This document shows, in pieces, positions 24,080-38,806 of a stretch of DNA of 64,000 nucleotides (the stretch's first letter is position 1; every line of letters starts with the position of its first letter). The position numbers were made by a program, and so were the translations under genes. The notes beneath the pieces are model-generated. The model worked only from the letters and a program-made list of their open reading frames with translations, was not told where the DNA came from and made no database searches. The DNA is from Octopus vulgaris (Eukaryota). The DNA lies in contig OX597831.1 of assembly GCA_951406725.2 (NCBI GenBank), forward strand, positions 58,404,001 to 58,468,000, read 5' to 3'.

Positions 24080-24860
24080 TCATGTCTTTATGCGTTAGGT
24101 TATTGATATTTCTCAGATTTTCTCGTTGCTGTGTCTAAAATAATGGAAATGGAAACGTGCTCTAAGAATCACAATAAGTTTTATGAGGAGTTCTTTAATG
24201 ACAGACGCACTCGACTCAATGACGCCCAATTGTATGTGTCTCCAAACTATTCTTTCTTTGAGAGCAATGGACTATTTATTGATGGCTGCAGTGATGTTCC
24301 ATAGCTTTATATTTGTGGAATGTGTGATTCCTTTGTTTACTTTGTCTATGATTTCCTTACTAACTACTCCTGAGACGCAATTTGCAAGATTAGGAGCAAG
24401 TGGGCGAAGTTGTTTTTATGGTCATTGAATGTAATGTGTGTAACATATTTTGTGAGATATTTTTGTTAGTCGTGGCTTTCTTCCTGTTTTCCTGTGTAGA
24501 TTCCGCCTTTGTAATGATATCATTATATATGTTTCTCTCGGCTTTTAGTATCATTTTATGATGCTATGGAGAAATAGCGATTTTGTTTATCTTTCATAAT
24601 TTCCTTGTTTTATCGGTAAATTTGTCTTCTAAAGAATTTATGGCCCCAAAACACTGCTAAGCTTGTGAAAGTTGTTTATATTTGTAAGTTTTATGATCTG
24701 CATACACTAAAGAGGTCGTTAACATCTATGTCCACCATTTTGTGGTAGGAATTTTGAGAATAATATTTTTGGGTTCGATCTTAACCTTGTGAATCTAATT
24801 CGATGTATTCAGGATGTTGCTCATTGTGTAGTGCATGTCCAACGTATCCATTCATTGAAT
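24080..24860 (-). pseudogene. Penelope-like reverse transcriptase remnant
   Basis: Minus strand ITFNDHKNNF..GVVSKEIIDKVNKGITHSTNIKLWNIT..IQLGVIESSASVIKELL resembles PLE RT ITLKDHKxNF..SKxILDKIN..W..FIQFDIxEFYPSI. Confidence 0.6.
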
Positions 24861-24917
24861 TTTGTATTTATCTGTGATTTGCATTTTCAGGTCCCTGTCG
24901 TGCGTTTTTGGGTGAAC

Positions 24918-25686
24918 AGTATCGGAGGATTAAATTTGTAGTTAAAAAAATGTTAGCTGACATGGAGGATTGGATGCCATCTGAATATTAGGAAAGAGTT
25001 TCTATATCACGATGATTTGCGCCAGGTATCAAAATTCCGACATCATAACTGTTGCTCACTGCTTTTTGAACACACTAAAGGCTGTAAAACGTGACATGAA
25101 CGTCACGAAAACCAAATCCTCACCAAAACTGTGATAATTTTAGGGTGTCTCTAGTGAAGGTGACACCATGTTACCCCACATCTTTGAACCGGACCTTAGG
25201 ATCAATTTAGATGATGATATGAAACTACTAGGGAAGGTTGTTGCTGGATGCCCACATTTATGGCAACAGGCTATGCGTCCTTGCCATACCCCGGAATGAG
25301 TCAGAAATGGTTGTCATATAATTTCAACGACTTCACCAGCCCCAATTTCTGGCCTCCTAATTCCTAGTGTTTTAATTCCATGGATTATTATGTGTGTGCC
25401 GTGGTTGAGAAAGGCGCTAACCGCTCCGCCTGCAACACCAAAGCCACTGGTGGCCAATATCAAGAAGGTGTTTCAGGATTTTCCCAGGGACACAGTAAGG
25501 AACTTACACCCCAAGTTGTGGAGCTGTCTTGCGGCTCCGGTGGAAGCTGGGTGTGGCTAGTTTGAGTAAACTCTTAACTAAACTTGTGTTGATAGTTTTT
25601 GAATTTTCTAAAAATTTTCATTTTGGACGGGATTTCGTTTTCTTTTTCTTTTATGCAAATTGTTAAATTTATCCCGACGCCCTATA
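24918..25686 (+). mobile_element. Decayed Tc1/mariner transposon (maT/DD37D-like)
   Basis: VSSEGDTMLPHIFEPDLRIN..LWQQAMRPCH..SQKWL..FWPPNS*CFNSMDYYV matches WQQDSAPxH..WPPNSPDLNPLDY; probable right TIR tttatcccgacgccctata; left end uncertain. Confidence 0.7.
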
Positions 25687-25769
25687 CACGCGTTTGAGGT
25701 AGCTAACATTGGTCACAATGTATAATTAGCACACCATTCATGTTTTAATAGATTATTTAATTTGAAATA

Positions 25770-26115
25770 GATTTGGCTGGAATATTGTCACCTGAAAAAA
25801 AAAATCATACAGGTTTACAGAATCATCCAAATGAAATTGAAATGTGCCTCGTCGAAAAACTACCAATCACAAACTATCATTTGATCAACTACGTCACAAA
25901 AGACACGATCATTCAAAGACGCATAACTTACCTTTAAAAAGACTGGCAAGCATTCCATTTCAGCTATTTCGGATTCATCAGTGAGCTTGGTTGACTACTG
26001 TTAAGTGCATGAGAACATTATGGAGAACTAATGGATGACTTAAAACTTTTGCATCCAGGCTATAAATTTTCATTTGCACCCATTATCTTAGGTGCTCTGG
26101 TCTATGTACACCAAC
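25770..26115 (+). pseudogene. RLE-type non-LTR retrotransposon C-terminal remnant (R4/NeSL-like)
   Basis: YGELMDDLKLLHPGYKFSFAPIILGAL resembles the KY..L...PIIIGALG end of RLE domains. Confidence 0.45.
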
Positions 26116-26924
26116 AAATTTGCATAAGTCAAGAAATACCGAGGTTATCCAAGTCAAAGCAAACTCATTCACATTTCTTATCTTAGCTTGAGATTCCTTC
26201 GCTGAACCCACGATTACATGCACATAAGAATAATAAACTAACTCACACTCACCTCAACTCTCTCTCCCTTTCTCTCGGATACACACTCATGTATACACAA
26301 ACAAGTAATGAAGCGCACACATACGTTTGTGCAATTTTATCAACAATCCTGGATGCACACACATATATAATTTTCTCCACAAACGTATATGCACACGCAC
26401 ACACACACACATATGTATATCTGTAACATGCCAATCAGTTCAGCTAATCACAAACTCCAACAGCTGTCTTTACTTAAACAGAAGAGCCTCGTTGCTTTGT
26501 TAGTAACTGGTTTGCATTCTCTAATGGAAATAAATAAATCACAAACAAATGGTTACGAACACTCACACACAAACCCATACGCAGACATGCATATAAATAT
26601 ATATGTGTATATACATATATTTTACGCACACACAAACACGCACACATGTATTCTCACGCCCACGCCCACACACATGTTCATTACGTACTGATACATATAT
26701 ACATATGTATCGATGAATAAAGTAAGATATACACCAAAACGTGTATGATTTTATACAAATGCCTATGGAGAGCTGTTACGCAATATTTCAAGAGAAGGGG
26801 GAAATTAGTTTAAAGGTAATAATATCAGAGAATGAGGAGAGAGTGACTTATAAACAGTACGAAGGTTATAAAGTAAAACACACATTTACGTATAAATCAA
26901 TATTCAGACACACAGAGAGACACA

Positions 26925-27007
26925 TATATAAATATGCATGCATGCATGTATGTATGTATGTATGTATATATACATATACATATATATATATATACATATA
27001 TATATAC

Positions 27008-27065
<58 letters not shown>

Positions 27066-27073
27066 ATATATAT

Positions 27074-27142
<69 letters not shown>
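26925..27142. repeat. (TA)n/(TATACA)n microsatellite
   Basis: Seen directly. Confidence 0.95.
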
Positions 27143-27147
<5 letters not shown>

Positions 27148-27200
27148 CAATATTATTCCAAACTTACAGGGAAGAATTCAATTTAGAAATACTAAATCAA

Positions 27201-27240
<40 letters not shown>

Positions 27241-27470
27241 ATATATATCTCGAAAATAGGAATAATACATTTCTAAATCTCTCAGAGAGATACAGTATTT
27301 ATACAGTAGTAACACTACACAGTGGTAGTAAGTTGTCAACTTAATGTGACAGTCCCATGAAAGGGACGAATACTGCTGCTATTTAGCCCTAAGAAGCACT
27401 GCTTTTTGTCCCGTGTCCTTATGTTTACAAAGAGGGAGATAAGCGCCTCCACCCAGTAAAAGCCAGCAAT

Positions 27471-27509
27471 CAGAGAGTAGTTTCTGAGTCATTGCTCGTC
27501 ATCAGTCTG
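27471..27509 (-). ncRNA. Minimal type-I hammerhead motif, near intact
   Basis: CAGA-CUGAUGA-CGAG caauga CUCA-GAAAC UA CUC-UCUG; stem I perfect, one mismatch in stem III. Confidence 0.65.
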
Positions 27510-27790
27510 GAGTAGCATGGCTTGCTAGCTGTCGATGACTCTCTGGTTCTGTAAACATATAATAATTCAAGTGAAATGCATTCACTGATTTCGTGTCAGT
27601 TTGGGTAATTATATCAACTAACGAGAAGTCTACCTGTGTGTGAGCGCATGTGTGCGTGTCTGCGTATACGCATGTATGCGTATGTGTCGCATATGTATAT
27701 GTAGGCATTTGCGTGTGCCTCTGTTTGTGTTTGTGTATGTGTGTGTTACCGTGAGTGTAGGAAGTTATATGTAGGTGTGAGCGTGTGTAC

Positions 27791-27835
<45 letters not shown>

Positions 27836-27838
<3 letters not shown>

Positions 27839-28416
27839 CAAAAATTGGACAAGAACGCAAAACATCCAGACAGTTAGGTGATACAAAAAAGGGACAACAA
27901 AACATCCAGACAGACGATACATAGAAAACAAGGACGGGCCATTCGGAGTTTTCTATCCTCAGTCGAGTTCCAGATTATCTTTACAATTTCGGCTGGTTAT
28001 ACTCGAGATTGCTCCAATCTGGCCAGCCCAAGAAAAAACTAAGCTAAGAACATTAGATTCCTTGGAAGAAAGCAGCGTATGTATGCGAAAACAAGGACAG
28101 AAAAAAAAACAGAGAAATGTTACACAAATACAAATGCATTTAACAGGACATAACAACAGGTGTCTTTCGACTTAGAACGAATTAAATTAAGCTGGCGTGT
28201 GTGGAAGTAAAGCCTTACAGGGACATAAGGTTTAATAGGCACAGGGAGGAATATCGATGTTGTACGGATGGTAGTCGAACAAAGAAAGAAAGATCAGACC
28301 GGGCCGAACACCGGTCACTTGGGGAGAGAAGAGAGAAAGAGGTAGAGGCAGAAGGATAGAAGAATTAAGGAGGGTCGAGAAAAAATGAACGAGATACAGT
28401 GAAGTGTGTATCTGTG

Positions 28417-28417
<1 letters not shown>
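27836..28417. mobile_element. Unclassified ~580-bp TA-flanked element
   Basis: Bounded by (TA)n on both sides, higher GC than flanks, internal direct repeat caaaacatccagacag x2. Confidence 0.45.
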
Positions 28418-28465
<48 letters not shown>

Positions 28466-28469
<4 letters not shown>

Positions 28470-28691
28470 CTTTACTACCCACAAGGGGCTAAACACAGAG
28501 GGAACAAACAAGGACAAACAAAGGGATTAAGTCGATTATATCGACCCCAGTCGTAACTGGTACTTAATTTATCGACCCCGAAAGGATGAAAGGCAAAGTC
28601 GACCTCCGTGGAATTTGAACTCAGAACGTAACGGCAGACGAAATACGGCTACGCATTTGGCCCGGCGTGCTAACGTTTCTGCCAGCTTGCC

Positions 28692-28693
<2 letters not shown>
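28466..28693 (-). mobile_element. SINE family A
   Basis: Full-length reverse complement of family A. Confidence 0.9.
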
Positions 28694-28764
<71 letters not shown>

Positions 28765-28847
28765 CAGACAGACAAGTGCCTTAGTGGGCGTATGAGTGTG
28801 TATGTAGAATATAAATGTGCGTGTGCCTGTGTGAGCCTAAACAGGAG

Positions 28848-30690
28848 AATCACTACCTCATACGCTATACCGCAGAGAGGGTAAATAGACTTCCTGGCAA
28901 GGGCGGAACATTAGTCCATTCAGACCAAGCTAAAACATTTGGTAGGCTTGACCGTCGGTATCTGCCGGCGGTCCTCGAGGCGTCCGGGTTTGGCCCGACC
29001 TTCTCTGGATGGATCTCTGCTTTATATAGCGACATCAAATCGAAAGTTCAGGTGAACAGTATCTTCTCGGAACCGTTCTGCATCGAGCACTCGGTCCGTG
29101 AAGAATGTCCTCTCACCCCTGCTGTATGTATTGGCTTCTGAGCCTTTACTGTGGGAACTGAAGGGTATGAGGGGCATCCTGCGAGAACTAGGATGTGGAA
29201 GATCAGTTACAGCGTATGTGGATAACATCACCATCATCGTTTCTGAGGTCCAGCATCCTTAATGGGTAGGTGAGCCGGTTAAGAATTATGAGGCCGTAGC
29301 AGAAGCAAAGATTAACCGGGAGAGTCGGTCGGCTTGCAGCTCGGCACCTGGAGAGACAAGTTGATGCCGCCTAACTGCGTCATCGGTCATTAGATGGAAG
29401 ATCCGGTAAAAATGCTTGGGGTTTTGTTCGGTCCAGACCTCCAGATAGAGAAGAAATAGAGCGAAGTTACGAGCAGGGAGACTCATCTAACTCAGACCTG
29501 GTCTGAGCGGTAGCTATTCCTAAAAGGGATAGCGGAGGTCACAAATGTAGTTATTGCATCTGTGATCACTTACCGCCTAACCGTCGTGCCTTGCCCCGAT
29601 TCATGGCTGAATAATTTGAAATCGTTGCTCTTCCGCTTTTTGTGGAAGTACAAAGGTCCTCTTGTAAGGCGCAGTATTTGCTGCCAACAACTGCTAAAGG
29701 GTGGGCTAGGCATGTCGTGGCTAATGATGAGCAGGCATGCACTGAGGCTGAGGCATCTTTGGCTCTACCTGGATGGTGAGCGGGTGGGTCTTCCTCGGTT
29801 CAATAGTTTTGGTGAAATGGAACCTTGGATTAAGCGGATTAAGCGCGGACCAAAGTTGGGAGCGAGGCAAGCCGAGTATCGTCAGGCACTCGCACTTCTG
29901 TTCCGGACGGGTAATGCCAGCGGCGTGTGTTCCACCTCGTCATTCTATAGAGGATTGGTAGAAACCCTAGGTCAACTTTCCGGAGAACATGTTCCGAAGA
30001 ACATTTGGGCTGGGGACTTTGGATAACTTCCAAATGTCCCTGGCTTGGAAATGTTACCGAGGAGACTTACTGTGGCTCTTCATCTTTGCCCACTTGCCCA
30101 AGATGCGAGCAGAGTAGTAAACCTGTTCTGCACGAAATTGTGCAGTGTCCGAAACTTACGAAATTGTGTGTTTATGTCGAACAACTGCTGTCATATTTGG
30201 GAAGAGTACAACTGTCTTCCAAGTCAATAATAAAGATTGTTCCACCGCCCCCTTCTGAACATTGGAGAGAAGGTTTATTTTCTCTTTGTAGTGGCTGTGG
30301 CAAAAGAAGTTGGGTGGAGAACATGCATGAAAGGAGTAGAGACAGGCGTCTTCATCTCAAGCCTTACTTTGGTAAACTTTTTTGTTTTCCACCTTAAAAG
30401 AAAAATAAGGCTGGAGAGGTGATGCTTCCCACTCAGTATATATGAGAAAAGATGGAAGAAGTAGCAAGCATGTTGGGAATGGATGTGTCTGCTTAAGGGA
30501 GAACAAAAAGAATCATAAAAGGTTCAGTAGTAGAACGTGGTTTGTGGGGTCACACTCGTCCCTCACTTTATTATCATCCATTATATTTTATATTATCATA
30601 AATTTTTAACCTCGTTTATCATTTTTTGTCAATCCTCCTGACCCCTTGTGTGTACCCTCGTCGTGTAACCATTAATGGTGAATAAAAAAT
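28848..30690 (+). mobile_element. 5'-truncated, decayed L1/Tx1-like LINE (RT and C-terminal zinc finger)
   Basis: DQAKTFGRLDRRYL, SVREECPL, TAYVDNITI, RSICCQQLLKGGLGM, CPRCEQSSKPVLHEIVQCP; many stops and frameshifts; aataaa end. Confidence 0.85.
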
Positions 30691-31179
30691 CAGTTCGTTT
30701 TCCGGTTCTCCCTTTTCCTGTCTGCTTTCTTCTTTTACTTTCTTCTTCCTCTCAGGCTTAGAGTCTAAGCAGTTATGGAAGTGAAAGCTGATAAGGTCAT
30801 TCTATCTAAAGAAAGCAGAGGTTCATATTTGAATTTTTGCGTATCTGCAGTCTTGTTTGCATTTTATTCATTCCCTAATGAACATGGCATATAACAACAT
30901 GTCAGCCGACACACTTTAGTAAGGCACAACTTACTGGATGTACCTGTGAGATGCAGACTCCAAAATGGATGCGACACAACATTTTGAACAGAATTTTACC
31001 AATAAAGCACAATAGCAGGACGGGTAGAAACGAAGGTTGTGTAGAAGGAAGTTTAATACCAAACCCATCTTCTTGTTACTTATTTAATATATATAAAGCT
31101 ACGACTTTATTAAGTTCACTTAGAGTTGCTTCTCTTAGGTACATCTAAAAAAAATCTCGAAACATCGATGTCGGGGATT

Positions 31180-32365
31180 CTTAGTAGATGGCGACTCTGA
31201 ACGGACTGGGTGTTTTCACGCCATTTTATCATAAGTTAGAATTTTTCTTTACAGTAACTGCAGTGTATTTGCTTTTTAGCAGTTGAAATAAGCGACAAAA
31301 ATACTTCAACTAGCCTAAATTGTGCTCATATCTAAGCACTGCTTCGTGCTAACGCTTCGTTATTTACCTCGGTCGGGTCATCTACTAGCACAAATCAGTC
31401 AGCGTGTTGACTGAATCATAATTAAAGCTACAACTTTATTATGTTCGTTCAGAGTTGCCCTCTTCGCCACATCGTTTGCTGCTGGAATCTTTGTTAGTGT
31501 GAATCTTATTTTTCTCTTGGTGATTTTTGTTAATTATTGTACTGTATGCTGTTGTGTGGATTCCTGTTTGAATCGAACTTTTGACATCGTTTCGACGGTT
31601 TTTTCACCCTACGGTGCGGAAAATTATCGTCAATTAATTATTGCGAACTTTGCTCAGTACAGGGTGAAATATTTTTTCCTACTTTTGTCATTTGTGACAG
31701 AAGGTGTATTTTTTCTACGTTGTTGTCTGTAAAGACAATATTGTGTAAAAAAATGGAATTTTATTTAAAACCAAAGAAGGATTTCCCCTCAATGCAGGGA
31801 GGTGTTGAAGAAAATGAAAGTGAAAAACCGAGTTTTTCAGCAGCCGTTGGAGGCAACTTTATAGATATGAATGTTACAAAGGAACAATTAAGTTCAGAAA
31901 TCTTATATAGAGGACGGGAAGTGACACTAAACTCTTGCCCCCACCAGAGACTATACAAAGCCTGGCACCAAAAATGGTGGTCTATAAAATTTACAGTAAA
32001 ACGGAAAAGAAAATAATGCCTACAAAAAATGAAACAGCGGAAAAGTGTCTGGCGCCTATATGGGACAAAATCGCGTACATAGGAAAAGGAGTAAGAAGCT
32101 CTACAGTGTAGGCGCATTTTAAAGATACCGGAACGGCAAAGCAGATATCAACTCAAACATTAAGGAACGACGAAATAATCCTTCTTCTGACATATTTAGG
32201 AAGGTGGATAGCAAAAATCACAAGAGAGGAAATACCAACCAGGTACGAGGCGTCATGTTTGGCCGCTGCGGTTCTATGGCTGCGGTTCTATGGGGCCGAA
32301 GAGGAAATAACTATACTACAAATGAGAAGGAGGGAGACCATTAATTGGAAAGGCCAAACCCTGTA
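31180..32365 (+). mobile_element. 5' portion (UTR plus ORF1 remnant) of an L1/Tx1-like LINE
   Basis: agatggcg start, CpG-richer UTR, EKPSFSAAV..EKCLAPIWDKIAYIGKGVRSST..STQTLR..TYLGR ORF1-like peptide with stops. Confidence 0.5.
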
Positions 32366-32869
32366 AATTGCCGTACATATATATGTGTGTGTGTGTTTAT
32401 ATATATATATATATACATATATATATAAAATTGCATACATATATGAATGTAACCACATACGTCTGACTTGTATCAGAAAATGAGCTCAACATGTCTATAC
32501 GCACGAAAATGTTTAGTCACGGCTAGAATATCTCCTTTAATGGACATTGTCACTACATTTTAAAATAGTAACTTTATTCAAATAACAAAATACCAAACAC
32601 ATTATACAGGCTCGGTAATAATCCCGGAAGTAGAATTATAATAAACGGATATTAAGAGAACGCTACTAACCAGAATTTGTAAACACGAGTAAGGTGTTGA
32701 ATTAAGATGCAAAGTTAAAGATAATAAATGAAATTTACCCAGATAAAAGCAAACGTGTTTCATTAACACATAACATGCATACATAAATGCATATATTCAT
32801 GTACATGTGTGTGTTAATATATGCATGTATATATATATATATATTTACAAATATATTTATACATATATT

Positions 32870-32918
<49 letters not shown>

Positions 32919-33819
32919 GCATACATGGGTACACACACTCATATATAAGCCTAATGGAATTCCTACATAGTATAGACACGTGCGCACAAATACACACACG
33001 TACACACATACACACGCACGCATACAGACACACACACACACACACACTCACACATACATATATGTAATAGTGTATATATATATACTACATATACATTTGC
33101 ATGTATTCTTTCAAATACATGATAGATAGACACATATACATATGCACAAATTGATGCATAACCTGCAGTACAAATTCACATAGGTACATATGCATTTGTG
33201 TGTATGTGTTTCTATTGGCGTTTATGAATGTGTGCGTGTGTGTGTACTTGTATGGGTATATATGCACATTTGTACACACAAACTGACACAAACACATCAA
33301 TTAACGAACGCACATATTCATATCGATAACGATAAAAAAAAGGAATGATTTTATGGAATACTGCACTCATCATTAATATACATGTATATTAATGAAACAA
33401 AGAGGAAAAAATTAAGACGTAAAATATGGAAGTGAGAGAAACAGGGTGAGGTAGACACATAAATTGATAGAGAACGAGGGAGAGATAGAAAGAGAGAGAG
33501 AGAGCGGAAAGAGAGAAGGAGACAGCAAGAAGGATAGAGAAATGCAAGATGTAAAGAAATATCGGACGTAAAGAAATAATAAAACGAATAAGATGAGGAT
33601 ACGAAAAATACGAAAATACAAGTAAAGACACTCCCACACCTGTACAGGAAAACAATATAAAAAAGGAAAAAAATGAAAATAAAAAATATTTAAAAAATAC
33701 GATAAAATACATACCAAATAACAACATTAAACAATCGAATTGAATGTAATTAGGTTTAGACATAAAGAAATGGTTTAGACAATAACTAAATAACGAAAAG
33801 AAAGGTGGCAGAATATAAT

Positions 33820-33997
33820 GAATTAATAAATAATAGTAACAACAAATACAACAACAATTTATAATGATTGTAATAATACTAGTAATAATAATAAACAGCA
33901 ACAACAACAACAATAATAATAATGATAACATTAGTAACAATACTACCCTGTAATAAAAATAATAATGATGATACGAATTAAAATGATTACGATGGTG

Positions 33998-34033
<36 letters not shown>

Positions 34034-34310
34034 GTGAATATAAAAATATCTTAATTGAAAATATAACTGAAGTGAAAAAGGATAATGGAAAAAAAAAAAC
34101 GAAATAAAATAAGAGGAAATAAAAACAAAGCATAAAAAAATGAACGAACATTGAGTTGATGAAAAATAGCAGAAATATAACACACACGCACACACATGCA
34201 CACACTCACACACACACACACAACATAGAATCATCATCATCAACAACAAAAACAATAACAACAACAAAAATAGCAACAACAACTACAAAAATAGCAACAA
34301 CAACACTAAG
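33820..34310. repeat. Low-complexity (AAT/AAC/GAT)n region
   Basis: Seen directly; accounts for the 297-aa artefactual ORF. Confidence 0.85.
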
Positions 34311-34771
34311 GAAACCAACGTACAAGATGGAGCTATTTTCTTTTCTTTGGTAGCAAACTCATGGAATTCTGTCAATTAATGAGCCAGAATTTCAAGTGAT
34401 ATAGAAGTATAAGTGAGAAATATGGGATATAGCAATGTATGTGTGTGTATCTATTGCATTTGTGCATGCGAATGTATGCATGTGAGTGTGTGTGTGTGTG
34501 TGTAGAGGTGGTGGTGTTGGTGGTTGTGGTGTTGGTGAAAGTTTGTTCTGACGTCAAAATGAAACATTACAAAAAGAATGTCGTCATTCGATTAGAGTAT
34601 GAACAAATATAAAGGTACAAAAGCATAAAGGACGAAAGCAAAAATAAAACGGAATAAAACAAGTGAAAACAATAAAACAATTTGATGGAAGCCTGTATTC
34701 GTATAAAATAGATTACCTTTGCTATTGTTAGATTAGAATACACACGCACATACACACACATAAATACATAC

Positions 34772-34840
<69 letters not shown>

Positions 34841-34841
34841 C

Positions 34842-34873
<32 letters not shown>

Positions 34874-34928
34874 GTATATACATATATGTATATATATATA
34901 TGTTATATATGTACGTGTATGCATATCC

Positions 34929-34975
<47 letters not shown>

Positions 34976-35648
34976 ATATATATATATATATTTACATACA
35001 TATTAATGGGTAAAATAACTATGAAGTGTTTGGTAATACGTAAGACACATTGACATGTTAATAAAATAGAAAAAAATATATGAATTATGCACACAATACA
35101 AACACGCACACACGTTCTTAACACACACACACACACACACAGATATATGCTCATATATGTACTCATAATATAACATAATATAATAGAAATAAAATGATAA
35201 ATGTAATATTATATAAGATCTATCATATAAATTTGTTTGAACAAGCGACTACGTTATTAACTATTTTTATGTTATAGCGCTCATATTCTCTAGTAAAATG
35301 TCTTGTTAGTAAAGCTAAAGGGCATATTCCAGTTCGTGTGCTTATAGAAGCATATAATCATCTCCCACTTAAAACTTCAATCGCACACGTATTTCTATGT
35401 GGGCGGGTTAATCTATTTAAGGATTACGTATGTTAGTTTAATTAATTGGTGCCTTTGTGTTGCAGCTCTTATCTGAAGTTATCTGGTGGTGCTATTGTTA
35501 CTGTATAACCTTTGATTATCTCTGATCGAACAGGCACGAGACAAATAGCCAGTCAAATGAAAGGCCTGGTGTAAACCACAAATGTTTTATTTTGGATATA
35601 CGAATGTTGACTAACCTGGAGTTACTGAAGTTCCTTTCAATAGATGCT

Positions 35649-36060
35649 TATTTCTTTATTGCCCACAAAGGGCTAAGCATAGAGGGGACAAACAAGGACA
35701 GACAAAGGGATTAAGTCGATTACATCGAACCCAGTGCGTAACCGATATTTAATTTATCGACCCTGAAAGGATGAAAAGCAAAGTACACCTCGGCGGAATT
35801 TGAACTCAGAACGTAACAGCAGACGAAATACCCATTTCTTTACTACCCACAAGGGACTAAACACAGCGAGGACAAACAAGGACAGACAAACGGATTAAGT
35901 CGATTATATCGACCCCAGTGGGTAACTGGTACTTATTTAATCGACCCTGAAAGGATGAAAGGCAAAGTCGACCTCGTCGGAATTTGAACTCAGAACGTAG
36001 CGGCAGACTATGTACCGCTAAGCATTTCGCCCGGCGTGCTAACGCTTATGCCAGCTCGCC
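35649..36060 (-). mobile_element. Dimeric SINE A
   Basis: Full monomer 35833-36060 joined to a 5'-truncated monomer 35649-35832 at gacgaaatacc|catttctttactaccc. Confidence 0.9.
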
Positions 36061-36409
36061 ATTCAATGTATTCAATGTAATATCACAATGAAAAATAGAA
36101 GGAGCGGTATTGCTCGATCCATCTCTTCATCAAAGGGATGCTGGGAAATACTGAGGTAAACCATAATTCCATGTAGCTTACAATATTCACATTTCAAGAC
36201 ACAGCAGATAATCATGTAGCGCAACGGCTAAGACACTGTACTCTTTGTTCTGCCCAAGTCATTTTTTGTATTTTAGTTTTGTTATTGTTGAGCCCCAGGT
36301 CAGGTTTGACTTAGTAGATTTAACAAAAGTTTTCCAGCCACGACCAGTCCATCTTTTCTTTCATGTTTTCAGACATTCTGTATTCGGGAACTATAGCCCA
36401 ACATGCTTT

Positions 36410-36594
36410 CATGATAGATCGTTAGCCACTACACACATTTTTTTCTCTCCTTGTTTTTTTCTGTGTCCCTTTCTGTAGAAGAGCGTAGGCTCGAAATGTA
36501 AAAGGCTTTTTCTATTCCTGAGAATTATACTAATACATCTGTTTGTTTTGTACACCACCTGTCTTCGTCTTTTGTTTTTTCGTAAACTCTCCCG
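36410..36594 (+). mobile_element. Family D HHR-motif repeat
   Basis: ctttctgtagaagagcgtaggctcgaaatgtaaaag; sits within an older degenerate repeat. Confidence 0.85.
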
Positions 36595-36894
36595 TTTTAA
36601 AAATAGTTTGGTTGGATTTTCAGGGGCTTAGCTAGCAGCTTTTAGCAGTTTAAGCGAATACCTAGTGACCCACTAGTACCCCTGTTGAATTTTAACTCCG
36701 GGTCAATCAGTCATTGTTAGGCAAATTGTGAATTGCGTTTTAGCTGTAACTTCCTCAACATATTATATCAAGAGCTATATTTGATCAATGAGTTCTTTTC
36801 TAAGATAATACAGCGTTATTTGAGGGAAGCTTGGCTGATGCATCTTGTAAGTAAAACAACCGTGTAAAGTCTTCGTTAAAGTTCTCGTCTTACA

Positions 36895-37335
36895 CGCATG
36901 TAAATTTTGGTGATGACTACAAGATCGTGGGTTGATAGGTGGTATCTAAAGATATTTTTAAAAATCAGAGTTAACATGTTGATGAAATAGTCATGGCAAT
37001 GGCAATGTAAATAACATGCTATTTCTAAATATGCTTTAAGATATTCTGGTATGTCCCGCGAATATAGGTTAAAAAGTATGATACAGAACAGATCCTTGTG
37101 GCACTTTTTTCATAAAATTACTAATTCTGGATGTGTTGTTGTCCGTACACTACTATGGCAGGTCTAGTTTGAAAAAAAAAAATTGTGTTGCATCTGGCAT
37201 ATGAACCACAGGGAAATGAAATCTCCAATCAAGAATATTGGAAAAACCAGCAAAATCAATAGTAGTTAAATGCTACTGTAACACCATTTGCTTTATGCAA
37301 TAAAATCAGCTTTCTTTCTAAAACTACGCTCTTTG
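36895..37335 (-). pseudogene. Old CR1/L2/Jockey-type RT remnant
   Basis: Minus strand gtgccacaaggatctgttctg encodes VPQGSVL, followed by an ILFNLY-like stretch. Confidence 0.45.
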
Positions 37336-37413
37336 TCATTCACTGTTGACTGAAGTAGAAGCAAATAATTCTATCCACCTGTGGTCTTTGAAGACATGCT
37401 ATAAATGTCAAGA

Positions 37414-37915
<502 letters not shown>

Positions 37916-38806
37916 CTATGAATATACATACTCATGAATACACGCACATAGACACACACATATATAATTATCTTAATTTTCGTGTTGCATCGCTTTGGCC
38001 AGTATTATATAGTGTATGAACGTTCTGAATCAGAATTAATTCATTTTCATATATCACTCTTCTAAAATACTGCATGAAGAAATATTCTTTTACACTTGTG
38101 TTATATTTGAGCAATCTCACTATCTTTCTGCCTCACTCCACACACACATGCGCATTTGGTGTTATATATATATATATATATATAATAATTATTATTATTT
38201 GATTGAATATAAATCCTAACTTGCAGGCAAAAAAATTCAATTTAGAAATACTAGTTCAAATTGTGCACAATATAATATATATAAAATTAAAAACAAAACA
38301 CCAATTATATACGTTTTTATTATTTCTTTTGCAATTTACTTAATCACTGATATTTTATTGTTATATTAATTTTAATATTTCTTTTATATGTAATTTTCTA
38401 GATGGTGTAATTTAATTGTTCATTTTGAATTGATAAAAGGTATTCTTTTTCTAATTATATATATATATATATATATACACATATGCACACTGATATATAC
38501 ACACATATACCAACATTGACTGTTAAAAGAATCGAGTTATCGACAGCAGGTATTTAAGCTCATCATGTTCTTACATGTCTATTGACAAACCTTACAACCA
38601 GAGCTTTGTAATGTGCATATGCATATATCGAAGCACAGTCGAATGTATATCACATTGTTTTCCAACCAATCACTAGACTTCATACATATTAAATGCTACA
38701 CAATCATTTTTAATGCTCATGCTGTCATAAACTTTTTGTCTGAACCGATGACCTCGTTTGTGACTAATGATCTCAGTTCTGGAATGACATATATGTAACT
38801 ATATAT

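Noticed and set aside
25960-25985. CUGAUGAAUCCGAAAU on the minus strand
   Set aside because: No stem II and no stem I partner.
27930-27970. CUGAGGA..GAAU motif
   Set aside because: The GAAA core and stem I are not satisfied.
33389-34282. 297-aa ORF, the longest in the track
   Set aside because: It translates low-complexity T-rich and trinucleotide repeats and has no recognisable domain.
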